From positions 6,512-70,511 of IMG/VR virus record IMGVR_UViG_3300036790_000211: a DNA stretch of 64,000 bases; one strand, given 5' to 3'. The position numbers and the translations under genes were made by a program. Positions 26,476-36,552 of the stretch are shown one piece after another (the first letter of the stretch is position 1; the number at the start of each line of letters is the position of its first letter). Below the pieces are notes generated by a model. That model saw only the letters and a list, made by a program, of their open reading frames with translations, was not told where the DNA came from and ran no database searches. Source of the stretch: a virus.

Positions 26476-29400
26476 TTAGGCTCCGAGACGCGCCGCCATG
26501 GGCGCAGCGGTGGGGATGTCCGCGTTGACCTGGATCAGCTGGATGAGCATCTGCTGCATCGTGTTGGCCTGCTTCTGGAGCGCCGCAACGATCTGGGTCA
26601 GCTGCGGGTTCGCCTGGTACTGGCCGGACGCCGCGGTGCTGCCCGAGCGCGCCGCCAGGGCGGTTGCGATCTGAGTTGCGAACTGCTGAGCGCTGGTGCT
26701 GCTGGAGCCGCTGGTGAGCGACGTCGGCAGCGGCGAGATCCCGCCCCCGCTCTGCTGAAGCAGGGCCTTGGGGATGACCGCCTCCGGACCCGCCTCGCCG
26801 ACGAGGGCGAAGGTGGGCTTGTTGACGATGCCGCCGGCGGCGAGGTGTGTGATGCCGAGGTGCTGGGCCACGGAAGCCGCGTCGCCTCCGATCCCGGAGA
26901 CGGCGCCACCGACGGCGCCTGAGATGGCCGAGCCCAGCCCGGACAGGGCTCCGGTGATCCCTTTGAGGATTCCCTGGCCCACCTGCTTGGCCGCGTTTCC
27001 GACCTGGCCCACCATGTTGACCAGGATCGAAACGACCTTGCCTGGAAGCTGCTGAAACCACTGGACGATGGAGTTGATCAGGTCGGGGATGATGGAGTGC
27101 CCGACCAGGGTGTCGAACAGATTTTCGGCCGCCCCGATGATCCCGGAAACGAATCCGGTGATCAGGTGAAGCACGATGGAGACGAGGCCGCCGATCAGGT
27201 CGACGATCAGGTTTTTGAGGTTGCCGAGGACGGAGAGGAGGTCGCCCGCGACGTTGACGACCATGTTCTTGGCGTCGGTCCAGGCTTCGGCCCAGTGGCC
27301 GTGCAGGAGGTCGGCGACGACCTCGACGATCCCGGTGAAGAGATCGACCCAGACCTTGAAGACCGACCCCAGGAGATTGATGACGTCGATCGCGACCTGG
27401 ATCGCTACGGGTATGGCGACCCCCAGGGTCGTGATCAGCGCCTTGAAAACGCCGCCGATCAGCACCGCCAGAATGGCCGCGACCACGCCGAGGACGATCG
27501 CGAGGATCTTCAGCCCTTCCTCTAGATAGGTCAGGGCTTGGCCGGCCCCGTGGATCTGGCCCAGCCCTTTGGCGAGGGTCTTCCAGAAGCCCTCTGCCAG
27601 CTTGACCCCGGAGTTGAAGGCGACCCCCAACATAGCGATCCCCTTGCGGAGTCCATCTAGTAGCGGCACCACGACCTTGAAGGGCACTCCGAGATGGAGG
27701 AGCCCGACCCCCAGGGCTTCGACCGGATCGTGGAACTGCTTGAAGTCAGCGATGGCCGCCTTGACCGCCCCGGTGACGGTGGTCAGGGCTCCGGACACAT
27801 CGGACTTGATCTGTCCGAAATGGGACTTGATCGCAACCCCGACGATGAAGGCCACGGCAGCGAGGGCGGCGATGATGAGGATCACCGGACCGATCGCCGC
27901 GATCAGGGTGCCCATGGCACCGAGGATGGCCGGACCGATCGCGCCCAGCCCGGCGAGGATGGCCGGACCCAGCTTCAGGAACAGGCCGGGGATACCAGAG
28001 ATCAGGCCGGGGATCTTCCCGAGGAGCCCGATGAGGTTGGAGGGGTTGAAGAGGTCGAACACTCGGCCGACGGACTTGAGATCCGTAACCGAGTGGAAGA
28101 GGTCCTTGACCGCAGTGACCGGGCCCTGGAGACGGAAGGCCATCTTGAACTCGGAGCCGAGGCCGCCGATGATGGTCTTGGCTACGCCCAGGTGCTCGAT
28201 CCCGTCGAGCAGCTTGTCGAACCCTGCGCCGCCGATCTCCGCGATCTTGACCCCGAAGTCAGAGGCTGCCTTTCCAGCAGTACCAAGCCCGTCCTTCATC
28301 AGAGAGAAGACAGTCCCGAGCCCGGACATCTTGGAGCGAACCGTGGACCCGGCACCTGCCAGCCCTTCCAATCCGCCGGCCAGCCCTTTGAGCACGCCGC
28401 CGATCGGCGTGACCAGGAACTTGAACGGACCGAACACGCCGAGCAGCCGCATGACGGTGCCGCCGAGGAAGGTCGCCGCCCCGCTGATCATCATCATGGC
28501 GCCGCCCAGGAGCAGGAAGGTTGCCAGCCCCTCGGCCACCTCGCCCACCAGCTTCTCGTGGGCCATGACCCAGGACAGGATCCCGGTCACGATCGGGACC
28601 ATCTTCTGCACGAGCACATCGAGCAGGGGGATGAACGCCTGGCCGAGGGCTACATCGATGGACTGGAGCCCGGCGTGGATCTGCTGGAGGCCGAACGCCG
28701 GGTCGTTGCGGATGAAGGTCATCCACGAGTTGGAGAAGTCTCCCGTCGTGCCGGTGAGGTCCTTCTCCTTCTGCTGGAGGCTGCCGAGGTTTGCGACCAG
28801 GGAAGCGATGCCGGTACCGGACCGGATGCCGCCGAACGCGGCACCGAGGAAGGAACCGAACTGCTGGGTGCTCAGGCCGGCCGCGAGCATCTTCTGCTTG
28901 AGCCAGTCGAGGGTCTGACCCAGAGATCCTGTCGAGCGCAGCTTGGCTGCGACCATGGACTGGTTGATCCCGGCGGCGGCCAGGGTGGACGAGAATGTCG
29001 CCACCTCGGTAGCGGCCTGGGCGTTGCCGACGCCCAGCGCCTCGAGCGCGGTGTTCGCCGCGGCCGACGGCATGGTGATCTGGATCAGGGCCGAGCGCAG
29101 GTAGGTGGCCGCGCGGCTGGCCGGGATCGAGAGGTCGGTCAGCGTCGCCATGGAAGCGCCGAGGGACTGAATGCTCACCCCGGCCTGCTGTGCAACCGGG
29201 AGGATGCCGGACCCCAGCGCTGTGGCGAACTGGGAGAACGTCATCTCGCCAAGGCCGGTCGTCTTGTTGAGGACGTTCATGACCGTGTTGACAGCGGTCC
29301 CGGTCTTGCCGTAGGTCGACAGGACGGCGAGGACGGCCTTGAGCGTGGTGGTCAGGTTGGCGTGGCCGATGTCAGCGAGCTTTGCCGACTGAGCGAGGAT

Positions 29401-29838
29401 GTTCTCCTCACCCGCTACGTTCTGCATCGGCTTCGGCAGCGAGGTCACTGCGGACTGGACGACGTAGAACGCGTCGGCCAGAGAGTCAGGGCCGATGCCG
29501 ACCTTGGGGGCCAGCTGGATCAGGTAGTCCCCGACCGGCTTCATGGCATTGAGCGCCAGCCCTGCGTGGGTGACGACCATCACCATTTCGCTGTCGAAGG
29601 CGGCCGCGGCCTTGGCGGCTTCGTACATCCCTCCCACGAGGACGCCGCCCGCTGTGACCATCCCGGCGCCGACCTTCATCATTGAGAGGCCGACGTTCTG
29701 GAAGATGCCAGCGATCGAGTCGCCGCTGGCCATGACGTTCTTCTCCAGGTTCTTGATCGCGTTACCGACCTGTGAAGCGATCCCGCTCAACAGGTCGTAC
29801 CCGATGAATCGGATTACGAGGCTGTCTGTGAGGCTCAC
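26476..29838 (-). CDS. tail tape measure protein
   Basis: 1120 aa, Ala/Gly-rich amphipathic, TP901-like core, downstream of chaperone pair. Confidence 0.92.
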   Translation of the reverse strand: MSLTDSLVIRFIGYDLLSGIASQVGNAIKNLEKNVMASGDSIAGIFQNVGLSMMKVGAGMVTAGGVLVGGMYEAAKAAAAFDSEMVMVVTHAGLALNAMKPVGDYLIQLAPKVGIGPDSLADAFYVVQSAVTSLPKPMQNVAGEENILAQSAKLADIGHANLTTTLKAVLAVLSTYGKTGTAVNTVMNVLNKTTGLGEMTFSQFATALGSGILPVAQQAGVSIQSLGASMATLTDLSIPASRAATYLRSALIQITMPSAAANTALEALGVGNAQAATEVATFSSTLAAAGINQSMVAAKLRSTGSLGQTLDWLKQKMLAAGLSTQQFGSFLGAAFGGIRSGTGIASLVANLGSLQQKEKDLTGTTGDFSNSWMTFIRNDPAFGLQQIHAGLQSIDVALGQAFIPLLDVLVQKMVPIVTGILSWVMAHEKLVGEVAEGLATFLLLGGAMMMISGAATFLGGTVMRLLGVFGPFKFLVTPIGGVLKGLAGGLEGLAGAGSTVRSKMSGLGTVFSLMKDGLGTAGKAASDFGVKIAEIGGAGFDKLLDGIEHLGVAKTIIGGLGSEFKMAFRLQGPVTAVKDLFHSVTDLKSVGRVFDLFNPSNLIGLLGKIPGLISGIPGLFLKLGPAILAGLGAIGPAILGAMGTLIAAIGPVILIIAALAAVAFIVGVAIKSHFGQIKSDVSGALTTVTGAVKAAIADFKQFHDPVEALGVGLLHLGVPFKVVVPLLDGLRKGIAMLGVAFNSGVKLAEGFWKTLAKGLGQIHGAGQALTYLEEGLKILAIVLGVVAAILAVLIGGVFKALITTLGVAIPVAIQVAIDVINLLGSVFKVWVDLFTGIVEVVADLLHGHWAEAWTDAKNMVVNVAGDLLSVLGNLKNLIVDLIGGLVSIVLHLITGFVSGIIGAAENLFDTLVGHSIIPDLINSIVQWFQQLPGKVVSILVNMVGQVGNAAKQVGQGILKGITGALSGLGSAISGAVGGAVSGIGGDAASVAQHLGITHLAAGGIVNKPTFALVGEAGPEAVIPKALLQQSGGGISPLPTSLTSGSSSTSAQQFATQIATALAARSGSTAASGQYQANPQLTQIVAALQKQANTMQQMLIQLIQVNADIPTAAPMAARLGA

Positions 29839-29856
29839 CGGAGCGTCCCCTTGCCG

Positions 29857-30140
29857 TTACCGGCGTTGCTTCGGGTACTTGGACTGCTTGGCCTCTTCCT
29901 CGGCCTTCTTCTGCTCCAGCTCCTGGAGTTCGTCGGCGTAGATCGCGTACGAGCTCAGGACTTGGAAGTCGCGGGGGTGTGCGAGGAACTGGCGGTAGAC
30001 CTTCGACGGCCGAATGCCCTTCTCGAAGGCCCAGCCGACCAGGAAGGTGAGCGTGGACAGGGCGGGGTACTTCGGCACCATCCGCCCTGTCGGCTCACCG
30101 GCCGCGTCCGTCTCCTCGACGCGGACTCGGCTTAGCCGAA
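29857..30140 (-). CDS. tail assembly chaperone, frameshift extension (gpT-like)
   Basis: Open -1 frame entered near CTT TTC, just before the upstream stop. Confidence 0.6.
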
Positions 30141-30608
30141 AAGCTCGAGGTCTTCCGGCCGGTCCTCGGTGCCCGAGATCTTGGCGATGTGGCGCGAGAG
30201 CTCGGTCATGCGCCCGCCCAACTGCTTCCGCAGCTCGGAGTGGACGACACACCGAGTCCCAGGAAGGGGCGCGCCGGACGGGGAGAGCCGGCCCGCGGCC
30301 TTGTTCAGGCTGTAGGCACAGATCATGTCCTTGGCGACCATCAGGTCCGGGCGGCGTTTCCCGCCCTCCCCCTTGCGAGTCGCCATCTTCACGATCGCGC
30401 TCTGCTCGCCGTCGGTGAGCGCGGCGCAGAGGATCCGCTTCTCCACGCCGAGGTGTACGAAGCGGAACCAGTCGGTGACCTGGTCGTCCGCCATGCCGAG
30501 GAACTCCTCGATGGAGACCTCCTCGGCGGGGTCGACCGGAGCAGCGACCACGTCCTCGCCGTCGACGTCCTCGACGACAGTGCCGGTGTCTTCGTTGTGG
30601 CGGACCAT
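30132..30608 (-). CDS. tail assembly chaperone (gpG-like)
   Basis: Position between tube and tape measure genes. Confidence 0.65.
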   Translation of the reverse strand: MVRHNEDTGTVVEDVDGEDVVAAPVDPAEEVSIEEFLGMADDQVTDWFRFVHLGVEKRILCAALTDGEQSAIVKMATRKGEGGKRRPDLMVAKDMICAYSLNKAAGRLSPSGAPLPGTRCVVHSELRKQLGGRMTELSRHIAKISGTEDRPEDLELFG

Positions 30609-30964
30609 TACCTGCTCTCCTTGTCCGCCTGGGCAAGCTGCATCAGCTTCTGGCGGAGGTATGCGTTCTGTTCGCGGAGCTGCTCGCCCTGTGCGTCCTG
30701 GACCAGGCGCCGCAGAGTGGTGAACTGCTGCGGGCTGCTACACAGGAGCTCGCAGTAGTCGAGGATCAGCTTCTGGTGCTTCCAGAAGATGCCTCTGAGC
30801 TCTCCGCTCATCTCCATTGCCTGTGCCGAGGCTCCCTGGTGGGTGCGGTGCTCTGTAGCCACGCACGTCTCACCAGGGGGCTCGGGGTCGATGTTCTCGA
30901 CTTTCGCAGGGTTCCTCTGGAGTTCCTTGGCGATTGCCAACTGGCGCTCTGAGACCAGTCCCAT
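30608..30964 (-). CDS. hypothetical protein
   Basis: AAGGAG SD before ATG 30964. Confidence 0.6.
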   Translation of the reverse strand: MGLVSERQLAIAKELQRNPAKVENIDPEPPGETCVATEHRTHQGASAQAMEMSGELRGIFWKHQKLILDYCELLCSSPQQFTTLRRLVQDAQGEQLREQNAYLRQKLMQLAQADKESR

Positions 30965-30983
30965 CCGACTCTCCTTCAGGTCC

Positions 30984-31012
30984 AAAAGGACAGTGACCTC
31001 AGTCGGTCACTG
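30984..31012 (-). terminator. terminator after tail tube gene
   Basis: CAGTGACC/GGTCACTG stem + TCCTTTT. Confidence 0.55.
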
Positions 31013-31489
31013 ACCCATGATGTCCTCAGCGGTAAAGGTCACCGACTCGGTGGTGAGCTTGTCGGCGCTCCAGTTGTTCGTGTCCTTACCGAGGACCACG
31101 TTGATGAAGCGAAGCGAGGGCGGCGGCACAGTGCCTCCGTACTCGGCGGTCGGCACCATAATGATCTGGTACCTGTTGAACGCAGCCTGGCTCAGATACA
31201 TGGAGCTGGCGTTGCCCGCAGCGGTCGGGCTCGCCGCTCCCTGCAGCATCGCTCGGAGGGTGCCGTTCAACCAGTAGCCCTTGATGGTTCCGGCGACTGC
31301 ATAGCGGCCCCGCCGGTAGCCGGTGATCCGGCTACCCATGACAGGAACGCCTTCGATCATCTCGTCGGCGTCGTAGTCGATCTCGCTGATCTCAGCGATG
31401 TCGACCCACGTGCCGCCGGAGAAGACCTGCAGCTGGAGCTCAGAACCATGGGCAACGTTCTCCGGCTGAATCGGGTTCAGCGAAGTCAC
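31007..31489 (-). CDS. tail tube protein (XkdM-like)
   Basis: IAEISEI...VPVMGSRITGYR.G....GTIK.Y...TESVTFTAED. Confidence 0.65.
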   Translation of the reverse strand: MTSLNPIQPENVAHGSELQLQVFSGGTWVDIAEISEIDYDADEMIEGVPVMGSRITGYRRGRYAVAGTIKGYWLNGTLRAMLQGAASPTAAGNASSMYLSQAAFNRYQIIMVPTAEYGGTVPPPSLRFINVVLGKDTNNWSADKLTTESVTFTAEDIMGQ

Positions 31490-31492
31490 GTC

Positions 31493-31559
31493 GTCCTCCT
31501 GACTCACGTGTGCGGACGGAGCGCCGGTGCGCCCCCTGTCGGCCCTGTTGGCTCAGGGC
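31493..31559 (-). promoter_or_regulatory. variant hairpin (AGCCAA loop) + CCGCACACGTGAGTCAGGAGG
   Basis: GCCCTG-AGCCAA-CAGGGC at 31542-31559; box at 31500-31507. Confidence 0.6.
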
Positions 31560-31560
31560 G

Positions 31561-32106
31561 TTAGACGTCGACGCTCATCACGGCGGAGCCGGTGACGATG
31601 AGCTCGAACGTGAAGAGCTGCGCCCCCTGCTGCCACAGCGGCCGGGCCATCAGCACGGCGAGGTGCTGGAAGGCCGAGAGCCGGTTGCAGTTGTAGAGAA
31701 CGCACCCCTGGACCTGAGAGGCCAGGGCTCTCGCCGCATCCATGCCGCCGAGCTTCTGGTCGCAGACCGGGCTCACAGTGATGCGGGGGGTCAGGCGCTT
31801 CCCGCGCCTGGTCGACCCGGGCGCGGTGCCGGGGCCGAAGTTCTGACCCATCCGAGCGGCTACCTCGGGCGGGGTGGAGGTGTAGTCGTAGACGCAGATC
31901 AGGGGCTTCACCATCTGGCCGTCGGGGCCGATGAGCGAGGTCCCATTGGTGTCTATCTCGATCTGCGTGATGTCTTGCCAGGGCCATCCGGTCTGTACCT
32001 GGACGCCGTTCTCGACCGGGTATCCCGGGAGGAACGCGGGCGAGAAGTCCCAGTCGCGGAGCGCGGCCAGCAACTGGCTCACGCATTCGTCGATGCCACC
32101 GGCCAT
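31561..32106 (-). CDS. putative tail terminator
   Basis: Size and position upstream of the tube gene. Confidence 0.55.
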   Translation of the reverse strand: MAGGIDECVSQLLAALRDWDFSPAFLPGYPVENGVQVQTGWPWQDITQIEIDTNGTSLIGPDGQMVKPLICVYDYTSTPPEVAARMGQNFGPGTAPGSTRRGKRLTPRITVSPVCDQKLGGMDAARALASQVQGCVLYNCNRLSAFQHLAVLMARPLWQQGAQLFTFELIVTGSAVMSVDV

Positions 32107-32603
32107 CACCCTTCCTCCGCTTCGTCGACGAGGCTCTCCAGGACGGACTTGAGCGCGGCGGGCGCGAGGTCGTCAAAGAGGAGCTTCTCCAGCTCGAGGA
32201 AGGTGTGCGCCCAGAAGAGGCGCGCGAAGTGGCCGGGCCCGGGGCTGTCGACGCCCTTCTCGGTGAAGATGCCGTAGGGCTTGCCCTTGGGGTTCCCCTC
32301 GACGTTCGAGTTGAGGACTCCCTGCGAGATGTAGATCTCTCCGGAGGCGATGCCCAGCCCGATCTTGTTCTTGATCTGCGGGGCTTCCTGGAGGGTCATC
32401 GTCCGCTGGTACTCGGCCGGCTGGTACTGGTTGTAGACGTACTCGTCGATCATCGAGCGGGCGATGTTGATGCCCTCGGCGGTGGCCTCCTCGGTCATCT
32501 CCGTGGCCGCGGTCAGGATCTTCACGTCCGTGTTCAGGTAGCGATCGACGCGGGCGTCCCAGCGCTTCTGATCGATGTTGATTTCGAGGAGGGAGTTGCT
32601 CAT
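32106..32603 (-). CDS. putative neck/tail completion protein
   Basis: YQRTMTL...YGIFTEKG...ARLFW. Confidence 0.55.
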   Translation of the reverse strand: MSNSLLEINIDQKRWDARVDRYLNTDVKILTAATEMTEEATAEGINIARSMIDEYVYNQYQPAEYQRTMTLQEAPQIKNKIGLGIASGEIYISQGVLNSNVEGNPKGKPYGIFTEKGVDSPGPGHFARLFWAHTFLELEKLLFDDLAPAALKSVLESLVDEAEEG

Positions 32604-33061
32604 TTCTGGCTGATCGCCTCGAAGGTCCACATGGCGTTGTCGGGCGAGATCACGGGGTTGATGACCTGGAGCCGCGTCCCGTCCGGCGCGACCATCCAGT
32701 CCTGGTCCTGCATCGTCACGGGGTTGCCGTCGACGTCGAGCGCGGCCATCTGGCCCTTCATCCGCTGCATCCAGGCCCCCATCGCCACGGAGTCGCCGGC
32801 GTCGTTGGCTCCGACGCGCAGCTCCTGGGGAGTCCACGTCGCCCAGACGTAGGTGTCGCTGGTGGGCTCGCTGTCGTCCGTCCGGTACTGCGTGGCCTGC
32901 ACGAACGTGGTGTTGTACTGCGCGTTGCCCTCGCCACCCGTGTTGACGGTGACGGTGCCCTCCGGGGACCGGCTCTTGTAGAGCAGCGGACCGATCCCGT
33001 TCTCGATGCAGGTGTCGCGGTGGAGGCGCAGGATCTCCAGCTGCGCCCGCGTGGCGCTCAC
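32600..33061 (-). CDS. putative head closure protein
   Basis: Position, ATGA overlaps. Confidence 0.5.
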   Translation of the reverse strand: MSATRAQLEILRLHRDTCIENGIGPLLYKSRSPEGTVTVNTGGEGNAQYNTTFVQATQYRTDDSEPTSDTYVWATWTPQELRVGANDAGDSVAMGAWMQRMKGQMAALDVDGNPVTMQDQDWMVAPDGTRLQVINPVISPDNAMWTFEAISQK

Positions 33062-34230
33062 TCCGAGCCTCGGGCGATGATCGGAACCGCCATGCCGAGG
33101 GCGAGCTCCGTCCGGCTACGGACCTGCTGTGCCAGCTGGAGCAGCGCCAGCGGCGACGAGGCGCGCTGGACGATGCCGCTCTTGACGCTGGTCGACCGGC
33201 TGGCGCTGGTGGCCTCCGACTCGAGGACCAGCGCGTACAGGAGGTCGCCAAAGAGACGCTTCTGGTACTCGGGGACACTCGGGTAGCTGGTGCCGCCGGC
33301 GCCGTCGTCGAGGCTCACTGGCGCGTGCCAGGCCGTGTACCGCACCAGGAGAGGGATGCCCCCCTCCTGCGGGACCGGATCGAGGTCGACGCACGGGAAG
33401 CCGTTGATGTCGCGCTCCTCCCGCCAGTCGCCCACTCCGTAGTGGTCGAGCTCGGCGAGGAAGTTGTTGCGCAGCACGCGCGTGCTCTGCGCCGTCGGGT
33501 CGAGCACGAAGCGGCCCAGCGGCGAGCTTGGGATGAGCAAGAAGAACGCCAGGTCCGCGCCGGCGAGGATCTGCTCGCCGATCCGGTAGAGGACGTCGAC
33601 GACGCTCATCACCGGGGGCAGGCCCAGGCCCGACATGTAGGTGGGGTTCAGGCTGTAGCGCTGCTGGTAGGCGACCGTCTGGAGCGGTGAGGAGTAGGGG
33701 TCGTCGCCGGGGCTGCCGAGCACGAAGTCGCCCAGCGGAGAGAGGCGGCTGAACTCCTCCCCGATCCCCTCGCACACGGACTCGTACGTGGCGTCGGGCA
33801 CCACCTGGTAGGGCGGCGGGTCGACGTCGCGCATGAGGCCGCGGACGTAGCGGGCGGCATCCCAGGCGCTCGGTCCAACGAGGCAGCGGAAGGCGTCGGC
33901 GGCGCCGGTGATCTGGACCCAGAGGCCGGTGTCGCTGCTCGGGAAGCTCTCTTGCGCTCCGCCCGAGAAGGTGACCACCCAATAGGCGATGTAGCGGCCC
34001 GGGGTCATGGTGTCGCCCGAAGCCCAGGCGTAGCTGACCTGACCCTTCGTGGCGTTCGCGATGGTGGCCGTCGCGTTGATGACCTGCGCGCCGGTCGCGT
34101 AGTTGACCAGCACGAAACTGACCGAGGCCCCGCTAAGGTCGACCGCGTTTCCGTCGCCGTCCTCGAGAGTGAAGGCGGCAACGGGCGCGGTGTCCGTCGT
34201 GCGGATGGTGAGGTCTGGGGAGGGCTGCAT
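33058..34230 (-). CDS. BppU-like Ig domain fused to a putative head-tail adaptor
   Basis: DTAP...AVDLSGASVSF...GQVSYAWASGDT..PGRY...TFSGG..ESFP. Confidence 0.6.
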   Translation of the reverse strand: MQPSPDLTIRTTDTAPVAAFTLEDGDGNAVDLSGASVSFVLVNYATGAQVINATATIANATKGQVSYAWASGDTMTPGRYIAYWVVTFSGGAQESFPSSDTGLWVQITGAADAFRCLVGPSAWDAARYVRGLMRDVDPPPYQVVPDATYESVCEGIGEEFSRLSPLGDFVLGSPGDDPYSSPLQTVAYQQRYSLNPTYMSGLGLPPVMSVVDVLYRIGEQILAGADLAFFLLIPSSPLGRFVLDPTAQSTRVLRNNFLAELDHYGVGDWREERDINGFPCVDLDPVPQEGGIPLLVRYTAWHAPVSLDDGAGGTSYPSVPEYQKRLFGDLLYALVLESEATSASRSTSVKSGIVQRASSPLALLQLAQQVRSRTELALGMAVPIIARGSE

Positions 34231-36548
34231 CAGGTGGGCACCGCCTGGTTGCTACCGCCGTTCGACGGGATGGCTTGGTTCGATCCGGAGCTGGTGGGGA
34301 TCGCCTGATTGCCGGTGTTGATGGCGACCGCCTGAGTCGGCCCCTTGACCGGAGTGCCGAGGCTGCCGTTGTTCCATCCGCCGGGCAGCGATGTGACCGG
34401 CACAGAGCCGATCTGCGGCCCGACGACGACGGGCCCGGCTCCGTGGCCGTACGCGAGCGATTCGATCGCCACGGCGCCCGACACGGGTCGCACGCTGGCC
34501 GCTCGGGCAATGAGCGCCGCCAAGCTGGCGACGGGCACCGTCTGGACCGCCGCGCTCGCGGTCTGGGGTGCGCCGCCGCTGTGCCATGCTCCGGCCACGC
34601 TCGTGACAGGGACCAGCTGCGCGGACGGGTCGACGGCGACCGCGCCGGGCACCGCCCTGGCCGCTTCGCTGGTCACGAGGACCTGCTGCACGGACGGGCG
34701 AGAGATCTGCGGAGCGTCCGCCGCCTGCCAGGCTCCCGGCAGGCTGGTGACCGGGACCGTCTGGATGTCGGGCTCGACGGCCACGGCACCCGGTACGACC
34801 CCTGCCGCTTCACTCGTGACGGGGATGGTCTGGACGGACGGAGAGGCGATCTGTGCGGCCCCGGACCCGACCCACTCCCCGTCCAGGCTGACGACCGCAA
34901 CGGTCTGGATGGAGGGCTCGGCCACTACCCCGCCCGGTGCGGCGTCGGCTGCTTCGCTCGTGACCGGCACCGACTGCGCCGTGAGAGCCACGCTGCGGCC
35001 CCCGGTGGCGATCAGCGCGGAATCGCTCGTGACCGGGATCTGCTGGGCGCTCGGGGCGGCGTGGACCGCGCCGGGCACCACATACGGGGTGGGGCTCGTG
35101 ACGGAGACCGCCTGAATGGTGGGCTTGACGTCGACGGCGCCGGCGGCGGCCTTGGCGCTCAGGCTCGTGACCGAGATGGTCTGGACCGTCGGCGTCCCGG
35201 TCTGGGGCGATCCGCCAGAGGCAGGCTTGAACGCTTCGACCCAGCCGACGTAGGGGGCGCCGACGCCGTTGGTGTTGCCCCAGTTGACTTCGACCTCGTT
35301 GGTCCCGGTCCCCGTCGGGCCGTTGAGTGCGACCCAGGTCTGAACGGGTGCGGTGGTCGGCGGCGAGGAAGTGCCGATGAGCGTCTGGAGCTTGCCGGCT
35401 CCCACGCCGAGGCCGCCCGAGTCGGTCGCGTACCCCATGAAGGGGCCCAGGAGGAGATCGCCTGCGGCCGCGCCTGTCACGGCGGCACCGCCCGACTGGT
35501 TGGGGCTGGTGGTGGCCGAGTCGACGTAGCCGCTGACATCGACGCCATCGCTGTCGGTGACCATCACCAGGTCGATCGAGGCAGAGCCGTCGGTGCCTGC
35601 GGTGTGGGTTGCGGTCACGGTGAGCGCGCCCTCGGCGATCGCCGACGAGGCGGTGGCACCCCAGACCGACTGACGGATGTGGTTGTTCCCGTTGGCCTGA
35701 TCGGCAGAGTCGTGGAGCTGGGCCCAGGTCAGGCCGCCCCCGGAAACCGCGGTGACGTGCCCTGCGGTCCCCGTGTACCCGGTATCCGAGGCGCGCAGAC
35801 GGAGGTATGCCCCGGACGGGATCGCGGCGAGGGAGTTGGTGACGGTCGGGCTGGCGCCAGAGTCGTCGAGGTTCTGGCCGAGAAGGGTCGCCGTCGCCGT
35901 CGGCGTGCCCGCGCCTCCACCACTCGGGTTCAGCGAGAGGGCAAAGCCGACGAAGGTGCCGCTGGAGAAGCTGCCGCTGGAGGTGGCGGTGACGTTCGCT
36001 CCCGCAGCCGCCCCGTTCGAGTCGAACCAGGCCATCGGGCTCGACGAGGAGCGCGCGGTCAAGCCGGTCGGGGTGCCGTAGGTCTGGTTGCTCACCGAGT
36101 AGGGCACCAGCCCGCAGACGAACCAGTTGCCGTTCTGCACCTGGATTGGCTGCGTCGTGATGTCCGATCCGCTCTCGTTCTGCCCCCAGGCCGTTGCGTA
36201 GTCGTTGGAGGTGTAGGGGGTCGTGTTGTCGGCCCCGACGTACCCCCCGATCTCCAGGCCGTTGTAGCAGGAGGTCGAGGTGCCACCGTTCGAGAAGTGG
36301 AAGACTGGCGCGGCCGCGCTGCCGAGAGCCCAGTAGAGCGAGCCCCGCAGCCCGCCGTTGTTGACGCCGCCGTTGATGAGGGTCCAGCCAGTCGGAGCGG
36401 CCGGGACGTCAGGCGCGGTGCTCGCGTCCCAGTACACGAAGGCGAAGAGGACGTCGGTGCTGACCGTTCCCGAGGGCTTGGTTCCGGTGACGCTGGCGGT
36501 GTTGGCAAAGCCGTCCTGGGTCCAGCCTCGAAACCCGATGTCAGGCAC
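34230..36548 (-). CDS. Ser/Thr/Ala-rich virion fibre or decoration protein
   Basis: Two beta-rich domains plus repeated P(S/T)(V/I)QT(V/I)PVTS units. Confidence 0.7.
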   Translation of the reverse strand: MPDIGFRGWTQDGFANTASVTGTKPSGTVSTDVLFAFVYWDASTAPDVPAAPTGWTLINGGVNNGGLRGSLYWALGSAAAPVFHFSNGGTSTSCYNGLEIGGYVGADNTTPYTSNDYATAWGQNESGSDITTQPIQVQNGNWFVCGLVPYSVSNQTYGTPTGLTARSSSSPMAWFDSNGAAAGANVTATSSGSFSSGTFVGFALSLNPSGGGAGTPTATATLLGQNLDDSGASPTVTNSLAAIPSGAYLRLRASDTGYTGTAGHVTAVSGGGLTWAQLHDSADQANGNNHIRQSVWGATASSAIAEGALTVTATHTAGTDGSASIDLVMVTDSDGVDVSGYVDSATTSPNQSGGAAVTGAAAGDLLLGPFMGYATDSGGLGVGAGKLQTLIGTSSPPTTAPVQTWVALNGPTGTGTNEVEVNWGNTNGVGAPYVGWVEAFKPASGGSPQTGTPTVQTISVTSLSAKAAAGAVDVKPTIQAVSVTSPTPYVVPGAVHAAPSAQQIPVTSDSALIATGGRSVALTAQSVPVTSEAADAAPGGVVAEPSIQTVAVVSLDGEWVGSGAAQIASPSVQTIPVTSEAAGVVPGAVAVEPDIQTVPVTSLPGAWQAADAPQISRPSVQQVLVTSEAARAVPGAVAVDPSAQLVPVTSVAGAWHSGGAPQTASAAVQTVPVASLAALIARAASVRPVSGAVAIESLAYGHGAGPVVVGPQIGSVPVTSLPGGWNNGSLGTPVKGPTQAVAINTGNQAIPTSSGSNQAIPSNGGSNQAVPT

Positions 36549-36552
36549 CGGT

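Noticed and set aside
35647-35664. GGTGCCACC on the sense strand inside the fibre gene
   Set aside because: Flanks do not form a continuous stem and there is no box or SD; explained by the codons for WGATA.
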